From assembly GCA_002753335.1 (NCBI GenBank), contig PEAD01000020.1, forward strand, positions 1 to 57,501: DNA of 57,501 nt. Reading direction: 5' to 3'. This document shows, piece by piece, positions 27,541 to 37,317 of this stretch. A program made the translations under genes and the position numbers. Source of the DNA: Nitrospirae bacterium MYbin3 (lineage in GTDB: Bacteria; Nitrospirota; Thermodesulfovibrionia; Thermodesulfovibrionales; Dissulfurispiraceae). How positions within the stretch are numbered: the stretch's first letter is position 1; each line of letters starts with the position of its first letter. The notes beneath the pieces are model-generated. The model was given only the letters and a program-made list of their open reading frames with translations, made no database searches and was not told the DNA's origin.

Positions 27541-29241
27541 TTACTTCTTCAAAGTCACTATTACATCCGAGTCATGGCCGTTAACTACCGGCTCCTGCTC
27601 TCTGTTGTTCAGCCTGCCTGCCATGTACGGCACATGCTCTTTAAGATAGCTCCTGAGTTCGGCAATGGTTATTTTTTTGTCGCTGTTCTTGTCAGCTTCG
27701 CCCTGCAAGGCCTTGAAGAAATAATAGGTGAAAAGCGAATGCTTCATGTCCGGATACCAGTTTGAGACCTGCCCTATGGCCGCGCTGGTTATTATCACCG
27801 CGTTTGACGGCCCCCGATATTCCTTCTTCACCTGAACCATTGCGGGGCTCATGTTCTTAAAGAGCATTCCAACAGGAGAGTTGCCCGAAAAACAGGAGTC
27901 TAAAACTATCGTCATTTTTTTTGCATGCACCTTCGAGAGGTTGTTGTAAAAGGTCTGGAGTTTGTAGCCGTTTGCCTTTATGAATTCGGGATTCGCGTCA
28001 ACAGGCACAAAATAGGCCTCTGTGCTGTCAAGATCCGGCGCGCCGTGGCCGGCGTAATAAATAAACACCTTTGACGCACCGCTCTTTACAAATTTGTAGA
28101 GCCTGCCCTTGGGATCGTTTTCGGTTCCGAAGAGTTCATTGAATTTAGCAACCGTAGCGTCCTCGGCATAAAGTATGTTCATAGGGTCATAGCCGAAGGT
28201 CTTTATAAGATACTCCTTCATGATGCGTGCGTCCCTGTCCGCAAATTCCACATTCGGAAGGCCTGAGGCCGAATAGTTCCTGTTGCCGATTATCACGGCA
28301 ACATCGTACTTGCCCGCCTTTTCGCCTTCGGGTATCTTGGTCTCTACATCTATGCTCAAGCCGCCCGCAGTCTGGATTTCATCTTTTTTACCTGTGTCCT
28401 CCGGCATTACCACAACAGGCCCAGCAATGCTTTTCTGCTGGGCATTCATCACCAGTTTGAGCGGTTCGGATTTGCCGAACTTCGGTCTGGACTCGTTTAT
28501 CTGAACCGTAAGAGGGATCTTCTCTCCAGCCTGAATGCGGGTGTTGGTATAGAACATAAACTTCAGATCTTTGAATTTGCCGGAGCGGATTGCGCCTATG
28601 TCAAAATGGGTGTGTCCGTCTCCTCCCATAAACACATTGTCCCCGGGCTTAATGTCAACCGATACTTCCCGCGCATCTCCGTAGCCCTTGTTCTGTACCC
28701 TGACCGTCAGCTCAACTATTTCCATAGGCTCGACCTTGCCGTTTCCGTTCTGGTCGTTAACCCCTATGTCAGCCACAATCAGCATTGGCGGCTCAAAAGC
28801 CTTTGTGCTGAAGGCTATACCCGGATGTTTTAAATCGAAACCATTAGCCTCTTTAAGAGCGATGCCAAAAACTGCCCTGCCTGAGAGAATTTCTTCGTCC
28901 GCTGCAAGCTCTATCTCCTTGGTAATACTCTGCCCTGCGCCAATCGTGCCTAAGCTTATGTCCCTGTCAAAGCGCAGGCCTTCTATCCGTCTGTCAGGTT
29001 TAATCTCTGCCCTCACATCAAAGGCATCGCCTGATCCGCTGTTTTTTATTTCGAGTATAAGCCTTCCGGTTTCGCCAGCATCAAGAATGTTGTTGCCGGA
29101 TGGCTCATTGAATTTTACGGTCGCAGACAGGTTCGGCGGCGCTGGAAATACATTGACATTCGCAGACCTCTTTTCGGCAAAACCTTCTGCCGCAGAGATC
29201 AGCAATGCCGCACAAACAAAAACAAGCAATTCCCTCTTCAT
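27541..29241 (-). CDS. Secreted caspase-family (peptidase C14) protein with N-terminal beta-sandwich domains
   Basis: Signal peptide MKRELLVFVCAALLISAAEGFA; catalytic dyad IYYAGHG and LDSCFSG; D/N-rich loops (SGNNILDAGE, NGNGKVEPME). Confidence 0.85.
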   Translation of the reverse strand: MKRELLVFVCAALLISAAEGFAEKRSANVNVFPAPPNLSATVKFNEPSGNNILDAGETGRLILEIKNSGSGDAFDVRAEIKPDRRIEGLRFDRDISLGTIGAGQSITKEIELAADEEILSGRAVFGIALKEANGFDLKHPGIAFSTKAFEPPMLIVADIGVNDQNGNGKVEPMEIVELTVRVQNKGYGDAREVSVDIKPGDNVFMGGDGHTHFDIGAIRSGKFKDLKFMFYTNTRIQAGEKIPLTVQINESRPKFGKSEPLKLVMNAQQKSIAGPVVVMPEDTGKKDEIQTAGGLSIDVETKIPEGEKAGKYDVAVIIGNRNYSASGLPNVEFADRDARIMKEYLIKTFGYDPMNILYAEDATVAKFNELFGTENDPKGRLYKFVKSGASKVFIYYAGHGAPDLDSTEAYFVPVDANPEFIKANGYKLQTFYNNLSKVHAKKMTIVLDSCFSGNSPVGMLFKNMSPAMVQVKKEYRGPSNAVIITSAAIGQVSNWYPDMKHSLFTYYFFKALQGEADKNSDKKITIAELRSYLKEHVPYMAGRLNNREQEPVVNGHDSDVIVTLKK

Positions 29242-29436
29242 ATCAATACCTCCCACAGGTAACGGCTTGCAGAATATTAGCATTTTGTTAATGTCATGTA
29301 AAGGTAATTTTCACATTAATTCGGCACATTCGCTTGCTGTACACAAAATATTTTTTAGGGTATAATTATCAAAATATCAAAATCACCTTATAATCACAAA
29401 ATCACCAGCAACCAAAAAAAATCGTAGGAGGAAGCC

Positions 29437-30438
29437 ATGACAGCAAAGCCTAAACTAAGCATGTACTGGGCTGCATCATGCGGAGGGTGTGAGATCGCCC
29501 TTGTAAACATCAACGAAAAGATTCTGGATGTTGATGCGGCGTTTGATTTTATGTTCTGCCCATGTCTGCTCGACACCAAGTACAAGGACATAGAAGCACT
29601 GCCTGATGGAGACATTTTGATTACGCTCTTCAACGGAGCTATCAGGACTACCGAAAACGAGCATATGGCAAAACTGCTGCGCAAAAAATCTAAGCTGCTC
29701 ATCGCATTTGGATCATGCGCATCTGAAGGCTGCATACCGGGACTTGCAAATCTCAGCACAAAGAAAGACGTTTTTAAAACATGCTACCTCGACAACCCAA
29801 GCATAGACAACCCTTCGGGCATAACTCCACAAACGGAAACAAATGTGCCTGAAGGCAAGATAACCATTCCAGCCTTTTACGACTCTGTCAAAACTTTAGC
29901 GCAGACTGTTGATGTGGACTATTTCATACCCGGATGCCCGCCAGAACCTCACCAAATATGGGCAGTTGTAGAGACGGTCTTGAATATTCTTAAATCAGGC
30001 GCTCCACTGCCCCCAAAAGGAACCGTTCTAGGCGGAGGAAAATCCTCGGTTTGCGAAGAGTGTGAGCGCAAAAAAGAGGACAAAAAAATAACAGGCTTCC
30101 GCAGAACCTATGAGTTCATTCCGAACAGAGAGCAATGCCTGCTCGAACAGGGAGTTGTCTGCATGGGCATCGCCACAAGAGACGGATGCGGTGCGCTATG
30201 CCCAAAGGTGAACATGCCCTGCACCGGCTGCTACGGCCCGCCTGAAGGAGTGCTGGATCAGGGCGCAAAAATGGTTGCCGCGCTTGGCTCAATCATTGAT
30301 ATCGGTGACCTGAAAGGCATGAAGGAAGATGATATAGACAAAAAAATCGATGAAATAATAAGCACGATTCCGGATTTCGCAGGCACCTTCTATAAATACA
30401 GCCTGCCGGGATCCATTATGAAAGGGAGGGTTTCATGA
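29437..30438 (+). CDS. mvhG: Group 3 [NiFe]-hydrogenase small subunit (MvhG-like)
   Basis: SCGGC, GSCA, PGCPP, C-terminal Cys cluster CP...PCTGCYGP; no Tat signal. Confidence 0.9.
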   Translation: MTAKPKLSMYWAASCGGCEIALVNINEKILDVDAAFDFMFCPCLLDTKYKDIEALPDGDILITLFNGAIRTTENEHMAKLLRKKSKLLIAFGSCASEGCIPGLANLSTKKDVFKTCYLDNPSIDNPSGITPQTETNVPEGKITIPAFYDSVKTLAQTVDVDYFIPGCPPEPHQIWAVVETVLNILKSGAPLPPKGTVLGGGKSSVCEECERKKEDKKITGFRRTYEFIPNREQCLLEQGVVCMGIATRDGCGALCPKVNMPCTGCYGPPEGVLDQGAKMVAALGSIIDIGDLKGMKEDDIDKKIDEIISTIPDFAGTFYKYSLPGSIMKGRVS

Positions 30439-31931
30439 CCACGCAAGCAAAAAGAATAACCATCGATCCCATCACAAGACTGGAAGGACACGGGAAGATA
30501 GAAATATTCCTGAACGACGAAGGAGACGTTGCCAACACTTATTTTCAGGTTCCAGAACTGCGCGGCTTTGAGCAGTTCTGCGTGGGCAGACAGGCCGAAG
30601 ACCTGCCTGTCATAATGAACCGAATATGCGGTGTCTGACCCGAGGCACACCACATGGCGTCAGTTAAGGCGCTGGACGGAGTCTTCGGAGTAACACCAAC
30701 ATCAGCAGGCTCAAAGGTCAGAGAGCTTGTCTATATGGCCTTCTATGTTACGGACCATGCAACACATTTCTATGCATTGGGAGGCCCTGATTTCATAGTA
30801 GGCCCTGATGCTCCCCCTTCAGAAAGAAATATTCTTGGAGTGGTCAGGAAAGTCGGCCTTGATATAGGCAAGCAGGTTATCGATTGCCGAGCGCGCAACC
30901 ACCATATAATAAAGATGCTTGGCGGCAGAGGCGTTCACCCTGCAGCTGGACAGCCGGGTGGATGGAGCAAGCCGGTATCTGAAGAGGAGCGCAAGGAAAT
31001 AGAAGAGATTGCACGCAAGAACGTTGATTTTGCGCTTTTCTCGCTCAAGGCATTTGACGATATAGTGCTCAAGAACCCGCAGTATCTCGAACTTGTAACA
31101 TCCGACATTTATCTGCACAAAACCTATTACATGGGCACTGTTGATGAAAAAAATAGGCCTAATTTCTTTAACGGCATGATCCGAGTTGTCGATCCTGAAG
31201 GCAAGGAGTTCTTGAAATACCATCCTTCGGAATATACCAAGCATATCGCTGAGCATGTTGAGAGCTGGACATACCTTAAATATCCATATCTCAAAAAAAT
31301 CGGGTGGAAAGGCTTTGTTGACGGAATGGACAGCGGCGTGTATGCGGCAACACCTCTTGCACGCCTGAATGTAGCAGACAGCATGGCCACGCCAAAGGCG
31401 CAGGAGCATTACGAGCGTTTCTTCGAAACCTTCGGCTCTAAAAAAATTAATGGGCGGTATCAGCCGGTGCATCACCGCCTCGCAACACATTGGGCAAGGC
31501 TCATAGAATTATTGTACGCTGCTGAACACATGCTCGAACTGGCAACCGATCCAGAAATAACCTCTCCGGATGTCAGAACGATACCGACTTCCATTAAAGG
31601 CGAAGGCGTCGGCAGTGTTGAAGCTCCGAGAGGCACGCTTACACATCATTACATCACAGACGATAAAGGTGTTATAACAAAAGCAAACCTGATTGTTGCA
31701 ACAACAAACAACTATGCGGTCATGACAATGTCGATCAAGCGGGCGGCTGAAAAGCTCATAACAAAAGGCAAGATAGTTGAAGAGGGAATCCTGAACAGGA
31801 TAGAGATGGCCTTCAGGCTTTACGATCCTTGCCTGTCCTGCGCAACCCATTCACTGCCGGGCAAGATGCCTATGACTGTGAACATTCGTAATAGCAGCGG
31901 CGAAGTGATAAGGTCATTTAAAAGAGGTTGA
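30435..31931 (+). CDS. mvhA: Group 3 hydrogenase large subunit (MvhA-like), 498 aa if TGA 30636-30638 is read through (putative selenocysteine)
   Basis: TRLEGHG, RGFE, RICGV-TGA-PEAHH in frame with the downstream ORF, EAPRG, DPCLSCATH plus C-terminal extension. Confidence 0.9.
30650..30675 (+). promoter_or_regulatory. Candidate bacterial SECIS hairpin
   Basis: Stem GGCGUC/GGCGCU with loop AGUUAA starting 23 nt after the UGA; folded by eye only. Confidence 0.5.
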
Positions 31932-32407
31932 TGAAAACTATCGTAATAGGCCTGGGCAACCCCATACTCACCGACGACAGTGTGGGTATAAAGGTGGCGC
32001 GTGAACTGAAAGCGCGGTTGTCTGACGATTGCGAAGACGCAGAGATTGTTGAAGTTTACGCAGGCGGCATTCGGCTTATAGATGTGCTTAAAGGCTATGA
32101 TAGGGCAATCATCATAGACGCTATGGTTACAGGAGAGCATGAACCCGGAACCATACACCGTTTCTCTTCCTCAAACCTGACCTCTACAAGGAACGCGATG
32201 TCAATGCATGACCTTGATCTTCCGGGCGCACTCGAACTGGGCAGAATGCTCGGAATACCTTTGCCAGAAGATTTCAGGATATGGGGGATAGAAGCCCATG
32301 ATGTAGAGACCTTCAGCGAAGAGCTTACAGAGAGGGTTGCGTGTTCAGTGCATCCTGTTGTTGAAGAAGTTATTGAAGAGTTATCATCGGTCACCCAATA
32401 TATTTAA
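31931..32407 (+). CDS. Hydrogenase maturation protease
   Basis: IGLGNPILTDDSVG, IIIDA, SMHD. Confidence 0.9.
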   Translation: MKTIVIGLGNPILTDDSVGIKVARELKARLSDDCEDAEIVEVYAGGIRLIDVLKGYDRAIIIDAMVTGEHEPGTIHRFSSSNLTSTRNAMSMHDLDLPGALELGRMLGIPLPEDFRIWGIEAHDVETFSEELTERVACSVHPVVEEVIEELSSVTQYI

Positions 32408-32417
32408 GGGGGTTTTT

Positions 32418-34364
32418 ATGAAAATAGGAGTTTATTTTTGCAAATGCGGTACCAATATTTCGGACAAGATAGATTCCGAAAAAGTTAAAGCCGGATTACC
32501 TTCAGGAGACCTTGCTTTTAAGACTATCGATTTCATGTGCTCAGAAGACGGCAAAGAGACTCTCGAAAAGGACATCAAAGAAAACGGCATCGAGAGAGTT
32601 GTTGTTTCTGCCTGCTCGCCGAGAGACCATGAGAACACCTTCATGAGAGTGCTCTCAAAGGCCGGCATCAATCCTTATCTTATGCAGATGGTAAATGTAA
32701 GAGAACAGATTGCATGGGTAACAGAAGACAACGAAAAGGCAACAGAAAAGGCAGGCCGTTATATCAATGCCGCGATATGCCGTGTTGAACTACACGACCC
32801 TCTAGAGAAGAAAGAGATAGACATATGTCCCGATGTTCTGGTAATAGGAGCGGGGCCAGCAGGACTCAAGACCGCATTGAGCATTGCCGAGTCTGGACGG
32901 AAGGTGATAATAGTCGAGAAAACTCCGGTCATGGGCGGCATGCCTGTACGCTATGAAGAACTATTCCCTAACATGGAGTGCGGACCATGCATGCTTGAGC
33001 CTGTGCTAGGCGACATTCTGCATGGTGAGCATGCCGAAAATATCGAACTACTTACAATCGCAGAGGTTGTTGATGTTGTAGGCTCATACGGAAATTTCAC
33101 CGCAACCATAAAACAGAAGCCGCGGTACAGCGACATACACAAATGCATCGGCTGCGGAGAATGCATCGAGCCATGCCCTGTTTCTGCAAAAAACATCTAC
33201 AACTGCAACCTCAGCGAACGCAAAGCAATATCATTCCCCTTTGCGGGCGCATTGCCGAACGCGCCTTTCATAGATGATGCAATCTGCCTGAAAAAGAAGG
33301 GCCAAGATTGCAACCTATGCAAAGATGCCTGTCCGGTTGATGACGCGATTGTTTTTGACGATGCTGAACGCGTCATCGAAAGAAATGTCGGGGCTATTGT
33401 TGTTGCAATAGGTTCGGATACTTATGATTGCACCAGGATTCCAAATCTCGGCTACGGCAAGATTCCTGATGTGCATACAGGCATAGAGTTTGAAAGAATA
33501 TTGGCTTCAAACGGCCCTACCTACGGAGAGATTCAGACATCTCAGGGAACCGCGCCGAAATCGGTAGCCATTATTCATTGCGTTGGGAGTCTGGATAAGA
33601 AACATAAAGAATATTGTTCAGGAATCTGCTGTCAGTATGCCTTCAAGTTTAACCATCTGCTTGAAAGCAAACTGCCGGGAACAAAAATACACCACTTCTA
33701 CAAAGAACTGGTCATCCCCGGCAAAGAGGAGTTCCATCTCTATCAGCATGCAAAAGGAAATCAGAACTCAGCATTTATCCGTTACGAGGATATCGAGTCT
33801 TTGACAATAACAGAAAAAGACGGCAAAAAGATCATCAAAAACTCTGCGGATAAAAAAGAGTTCGAGGCTGATATGGTGATATTATGCCCTGCGGTAGTGC
33901 CAACTTTGGAATCGGGCAAACTCGGCGATATTCTTGAAGCTACGCATGACAAGTTCGGATTCTTCGAGGAACTGCACGGAAGGATGGACTCTGCCCAGAG
34001 CAAAATCAAAGGAGTATATCTCGCAGGAACCTGCCAATCACCGATGGATATACAAAAGACTATGAATCAGGGCATGGCGGTTGCCGGATATATTTTATCA
34101 GGGTTGGTAGCAGGCAGAAAGCTTGAGATAAAACCTATTACAGCGGTAGTAGAAGAAGATCGCTGCTCAGGATGCCGGGTCTGCGTACTGGTATGCCCAT
34201 ACAAGGCTGTTGCCTATGATGCAGAAAAAGGATCATCTGTAGTTAATGAAGTTTTGTGCCAAGGCTGCGGCACATGCGTTTCAGCCTGTCCGGTCGGGGC
34301 GATAAAAGGCAACCACTTTACCAACAATGAAATCTTTGCAGAAATAGAAGGGGTGCTGTCATGA
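32418..34364 (+). CDS. hdrA: Heterodisulfide reductase subunit A-like flavoprotein
   Basis: KIGVYFCKCGTNI, ACSP, GAGPAG, HCVGS...YCSGICC, ferredoxin-like motifs; start at MKIGV. Confidence 0.9.
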   Translation: MKIGVYFCKCGTNISDKIDSEKVKAGLPSGDLAFKTIDFMCSEDGKETLEKDIKENGIERVVVSACSPRDHENTFMRVLSKAGINPYLMQMVNVREQIAWVTEDNEKATEKAGRYINAAICRVELHDPLEKKEIDICPDVLVIGAGPAGLKTALSIAESGRKVIIVEKTPVMGGMPVRYEELFPNMECGPCMLEPVLGDILHGEHAENIELLTIAEVVDVVGSYGNFTATIKQKPRYSDIHKCIGCGECIEPCPVSAKNIYNCNLSERKAISFPFAGALPNAPFIDDAICLKKKGQDCNLCKDACPVDDAIVFDDAERVIERNVGAIVVAIGSDTYDCTRIPNLGYGKIPDVHTGIEFERILASNGPTYGEIQTSQGTAPKSVAIIHCVGSLDKKHKEYCSGICCQYAFKFNHLLESKLPGTKIHHFYKELVIPGKEEFHLYQHAKGNQNSAFIRYEDIESLTITEKDGKKIIKNSADKKEFEADMVILCPAVVPTLESGKLGDILEATHDKFGFFEELHGRMDSAQSKIKGVYLAGTCQSPMDIQKTMNQGMAVAGYILSGLVAGRKLEIKPITAVVEEDRCSGCRVCVLVCPYKAVAYDAEKGSSVVNEVLCQGCGTCVSACPVGAIKGNHFTNNEIFAEIEGVLS

Positions 34365-34801
34365 ACACAGAAAACAAAACATTCGAACCTAAAATAGTCG
34401 GATTCCTCTGCAACTGGTGCTCTTATGCGGGTGCAGACAAGGCAGGAACCGCACAATCCCCCTATCCGCCTAATGTGGATGTAGTCAAGGTAATGTGCAG
34501 CGGAAGGGTTGATCCCCAGTTTGTTATGAAAGCCTTTGAGAAAGGCGCTGATGGTGTTATAATACTCGCGTGCCATCCGGGAGACTGCCACTACAAAGAG
34601 GGTAACTACCGCGCAGCACAGAGGTTCAGAATGCTGTCACGCCTGCTGAAGCAGTTCGGCATAGAAGAGGGTCGCTGCCGCTTTGACTATGTTTCTGCAG
34701 GAGAAGGCGAGAAGTTCGTTACGGTAATTACCGAGATGGTCGAATCAGTAAGGGCGATGGGGCCGCTGCATAAGACAAAGCAAGCTGCGAAGACAGCATA
34801 A
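34361..34801 (+). CDS. mvhD: Hydrogenase iron-sulfur subunit MvhD
   Basis: CNWCSYAGAD, MCSGRVD, CHPGDCHY. Confidence 0.93.
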   Translation: MNTENKTFEPKIVGFLCNWCSYAGADKAGTAQSPYPPNVDVVKVMCSGRVDPQFVMKAFEKGADGVIILACHPGDCHYKEGNYRAAQRFRMLSRLLKQFGIEEGRCRFDYVSAGEGEKFVTVITEMVESVRAMGPLHKTKQAAKTA

Positions 34802-34839
34802 CAAAATAATAATTTTCATACTCAAGGAGGAGAAACAAA

Positions 34840-35061
34840 ATGGCAGTTCAGGTACTTGATGCAAGGGGGCTTAAATGCCCGCAGCCAACGCTTAAAATCA
34901 CCGCAATGGCGGTAAAAATGAAACCCGGAGATGTTCTCGAAGCTATGGCAGACTGCGCCACTTTCGATAAGGATGTAAGAGACTGGTGTACCCGCTCCAA
35001 AAAAATCCTTCTTTGGATGAGGGATGAGGGCGGAGCAAAAAAGTGCCAGATACAGTTTTAG
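34840..35061 (+). CDS. tusA: TusA-family sulfur carrier
   Basis: LDARGLKCPQP; AGGAGG RBS. Confidence 0.88.
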   Translation: MAVQVLDARGLKCPQPTLKITAMAVKMKPGDVLEAMADCATFDKDVRDWCTRSKKILLWMRDEGGAKKCQIQF

Positions 35062-35070
35062 AATAAGAAT

Positions 35071-35108
35071 AAAAAAAGGCATCGGGGAATCCTCGATGCC
35101 TTTTTTTT
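35071..35108. terminator. Bidirectional intrinsic terminator
   Basis: A7-GGCATCGGGG-AAT-CCTCGATGCC-T8 between convergent operons. Confidence 0.85.
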
Positions 35109-35260
35109 CATCATTCATCATCAAGCATTCTATATTTAGGTTTTTCTGTTTTCTCTTTCTCATTCGGGGATCTCTTAGGATTAAAATAATAGAAAATAAT
35201 TACGGCCAAGATTATAACTAGCATAAGCGTAAAGCCAAAATATAGCCATCTGTCCATCTT

Positions 35261-35719
35261 TTATTCCTCCTTCTCAGCAAATATACGATTATCAAAAACT
35301 ATGTTTCTATCGTCTTTTAATACCTGAAGCTGAATATCCCAATACCCATAAAGAGGAAAGCTTATTTCGGACTTGTATCTGCCTGAATAAGAATCAACCG
35401 CTTTTGCAGAATATGTTTTATCGAATGCGTTGGTTGCAGGCCTGCTGATTTTAAGGGATATTGAAGCTCCGTTAATCGGTTTTCCTGCAGCATCAAATAC
35501 CGAAATCAAAATCGACTTGTCCGAGACTTTAAATTTATTGTTTTTAAATTCTACGCTCCAACCGCTCGCCAATTTATCTTTCTGCAGCTTATCCCAATCA
35601 AGACCCTTTTCGTAATACTTATCCGTCACCACGCCATCAAAGCTCGCACTGCCGATTATGATCGGCACAACCGCCGCCGCCACAGCAACCACACAAACAA
35701 TAATCATAAATACCTTCAT
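35261..35719 (-). CDS. FixH/YtkA-like protein
   Basis: N-terminal TM, DKYYEKGLDWD, C-terminal Ig-like G.WDI; cco context. Confidence 0.75.
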   Translation of the reverse strand: MKVFMIIVCVVAVAAAVVPIIIGSASFDGVVTDKYYEKGLDWDKLQKDKLASGWSVEFKNNKFKVSDKSILISVFDAAGKPINGASISLKISRPATNAFDKTYSAKAVDSYSGRYKSEISFPLYGYWDIQLQVLKDDRNIVFDNRIFAEKEE

Positions 35720-36921
35720 AATTTATCAGGCCTTCGGATATAAGCGCTCTTTTCTATAGTCCTGCCAGATTTCTTAGACACAACCGCAATCCTGAGCTGC
35801 ATTTGTTCCTTAATAATCATATCCGGCTTAATGATAACAAAAACCTGAACCTTCCGGTGCTCACCCGATGCAAGCTCAATATGGTCCGGTTTTATTTCAA
35901 CATCTATGCCTGATATAGCCGCCTTTAAAGTAAACTCAACCGGAGCCCTTTCCCTATTCTCGACCGCGATCAAGTATGAATTCATTAAATCGCCCTTTCT
36001 AGCAATACGTGGTTTGAAGTCATTGTTCGGCATTACCACCAAATCGAACGGCATTCTGAATAGCAGCAGATAAGCGGCAAAAATAAAAAAACAAAAAGTA
36101 AACACGCCAAGCAGAACAACTTTAGTCCTTAGGATTCCAACATTATAGTTTTCTTGGCCGAATGAATACCTGACAAGTCCTGTCCTATTTTTTTTCTTAA
36201 GCATCTCTGCGCATTTATCAACACATTCGGCGCAAGCTATGCATGCCTGATTCAGGCCTTTTTTAATGTCTATATTCACAGGACAAACCCTGACGCAGGC
36301 ATCACAATGCATGCATTCCTCGCTCCTGTTCTCATCAAAAGCTATGACCAAAGTTTTATCATCGAACAACACACCTTGCAGCTTTGAGTACGGGCATACG
36401 GTGGCGCAAAATTTATGTCTGAGAAAAACGAAGTTTAAAAAGAGAATCAATGACAGGACTATCCAGAAACCCCATATCGTCTCACCAAGTCGATTGCTAA
36501 ATAAAAGTTCGAAAAAATCGTAGGGAGACACAAAATACCAGATTAAATTTGCCCCCATAATTACACTCACAATGAAGACAGCAGTAAAAGCCCCTGCTTT
36601 ATACAAATAACTTTTTTTGAATGCAGCTTCTATAAAATAGGTAAAATCAACGATGACCGTTTGTGGACAAAGCCAGCCGCACCAGACACGACCAAATAAA
36701 ACGGTCATAAATATTATCAGGAACGAAAAAAATATCAGGCAGATGAGAACAATAAAGAATTCATCCATCCATAGGCTTATGCCGAAAAAATGGAGTCGGA
36801 GAGTTGGGATATCGAATCGTAGCGCACTCTCGCCTTTAATGACGAGAAAGGGCAGACCGATTATGATAATGGCCTGAATAGTCTCTGCAAGCCTTCTCCA
36901 AGGCCGGATTGATAAGGACAA
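35716..36921 (-). CDS. ccoG: CcoG/FixG polyferredoxin membrane protein
   Basis: GRVWCGWLCPQT, FCATVCPY, CMHCDACVRVCP, CIACAECVDKC. Confidence 0.9.
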   Translation of the reverse strand: MSLSIRPWRRLAETIQAIIIIGLPFLVIKGESALRFDIPTLRLHFFGISLWMDEFFIVLICLIFFSFLIIFMTVLFGRVWCGWLCPQTVIVDFTYFIEAAFKKSYLYKAGAFTAVFIVSVIMGANLIWYFVSPYDFFELLFSNRLGETIWGFWIVLSLILFLNFVFLRHKFCATVCPYSKLQGVLFDDKTLVIAFDENRSEECMHCDACVRVCPVNIDIKKGLNQACIACAECVDKCAEMLKKKNRTGLVRYSFGQENYNVGILRTKVVLLGVFTFCFFIFAAYLLLFRMPFDLVVMPNNDFKPRIARKGDLMNSYLIAVENRERAPVEFTLKAAISGIDVEIKPDHIELASGEHRKVQVFVIIKPDMIIKEQMQLRIAVVSKKSGRTIEKSAYIRRPDKL

Positions 36922-36930
36922 GATGTTCTT

Positions 36931-37029
36931 CTACTTTTTGCTTTTGTTTCCGGTTACAAATACCAAAACAAATATGCCGGCAACCGCTATTGCAGTGAAC
37001 CCTATTGTAGCCACGATTGATGCATCCAT
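36931..37029 (-). CDS. 32-aa single-TM small protein (possible CcoQ/CcoS-like accessory)
   Basis: MDASIVATIGFTAIAVAGIFVLVFVTGNKSKK with AAGGAGG RBS; below the ORF-track length cutoff. Confidence 0.65.
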   Translation of the reverse strand: MDASIVATIGFTAIAVAGIFVLVFVTGNKSKK

Positions 37030-37071
37030 CAGATTCCTCCTTGCCTTATATCTTTTAAAAATAAAGGGGGT

Positions 37072-37108
37072 GTGGGTGGAGAAAGGGGAGAGAAGATTCT
37101 CCACCCAC
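37072..37108. other. Intra-operon stem-loop
   Basis: GTGGGTGGAGAA...TTCTCCACCCAC, 12-bp perfect arms. Confidence 0.6.
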
Positions 37109-37122
37109 GGGGAGAGACGCCT

Positions 37123-37308
37123 TTATTTCTTTATAGACTCCTGATATTGACCTTCCTGACTCCATCCACCGAGAGACGGGGTGTAGGTGTAAAGATAATA
37201 TGCACCCCAAATAATCAAGCCCCAAAAAAGCATAAGCCAGCCAACGGGCAGTTTATGTGCGGTCTCTTTGGATTCAAACTCTTCTATCTTATCTATATCT
37301 TCGGCCAT
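37123..37308 (-). CDS. Small protein resembling the CcoP N-terminal membrane segment, no heme
   Basis: KLPVGWLMLFWGLIIWGAYYLY; no CxxCH. Confidence 0.65.
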   Translation of the reverse strand: MAEDIDKIEEFESKETAHKLPVGWLMLFWGLIIWGAYYLYTYTPSLGGWSQEGQYQESIKK

Positions 37309-37317
37309 ATATTCCTC

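Noticed and set aside
27541..29241. A second VR in the caspase-like gene
   Set aside because: No TR-like sequence or GGSW...GFR motif found by eye here or elsewhere in the window; remote targets outside the window remain possible.
22436..29283. Prophage or integrase-bearing element carrying the DGR
   Set aside because: No structural phage gene, integrase, transposase or tRNA attachment site is recognisable.
29284..29370. Rex or CRP/FNR-like site upstream of the hydrogenase operon
   Set aside because: The half-sites TGTAA and TCACA have the wrong spacing, so support is too weak.
32418..34801. Selenocysteine in HdrA or MvhD
   Set aside because: Both frames are uninterrupted and have Cys codons at the conserved motifs.
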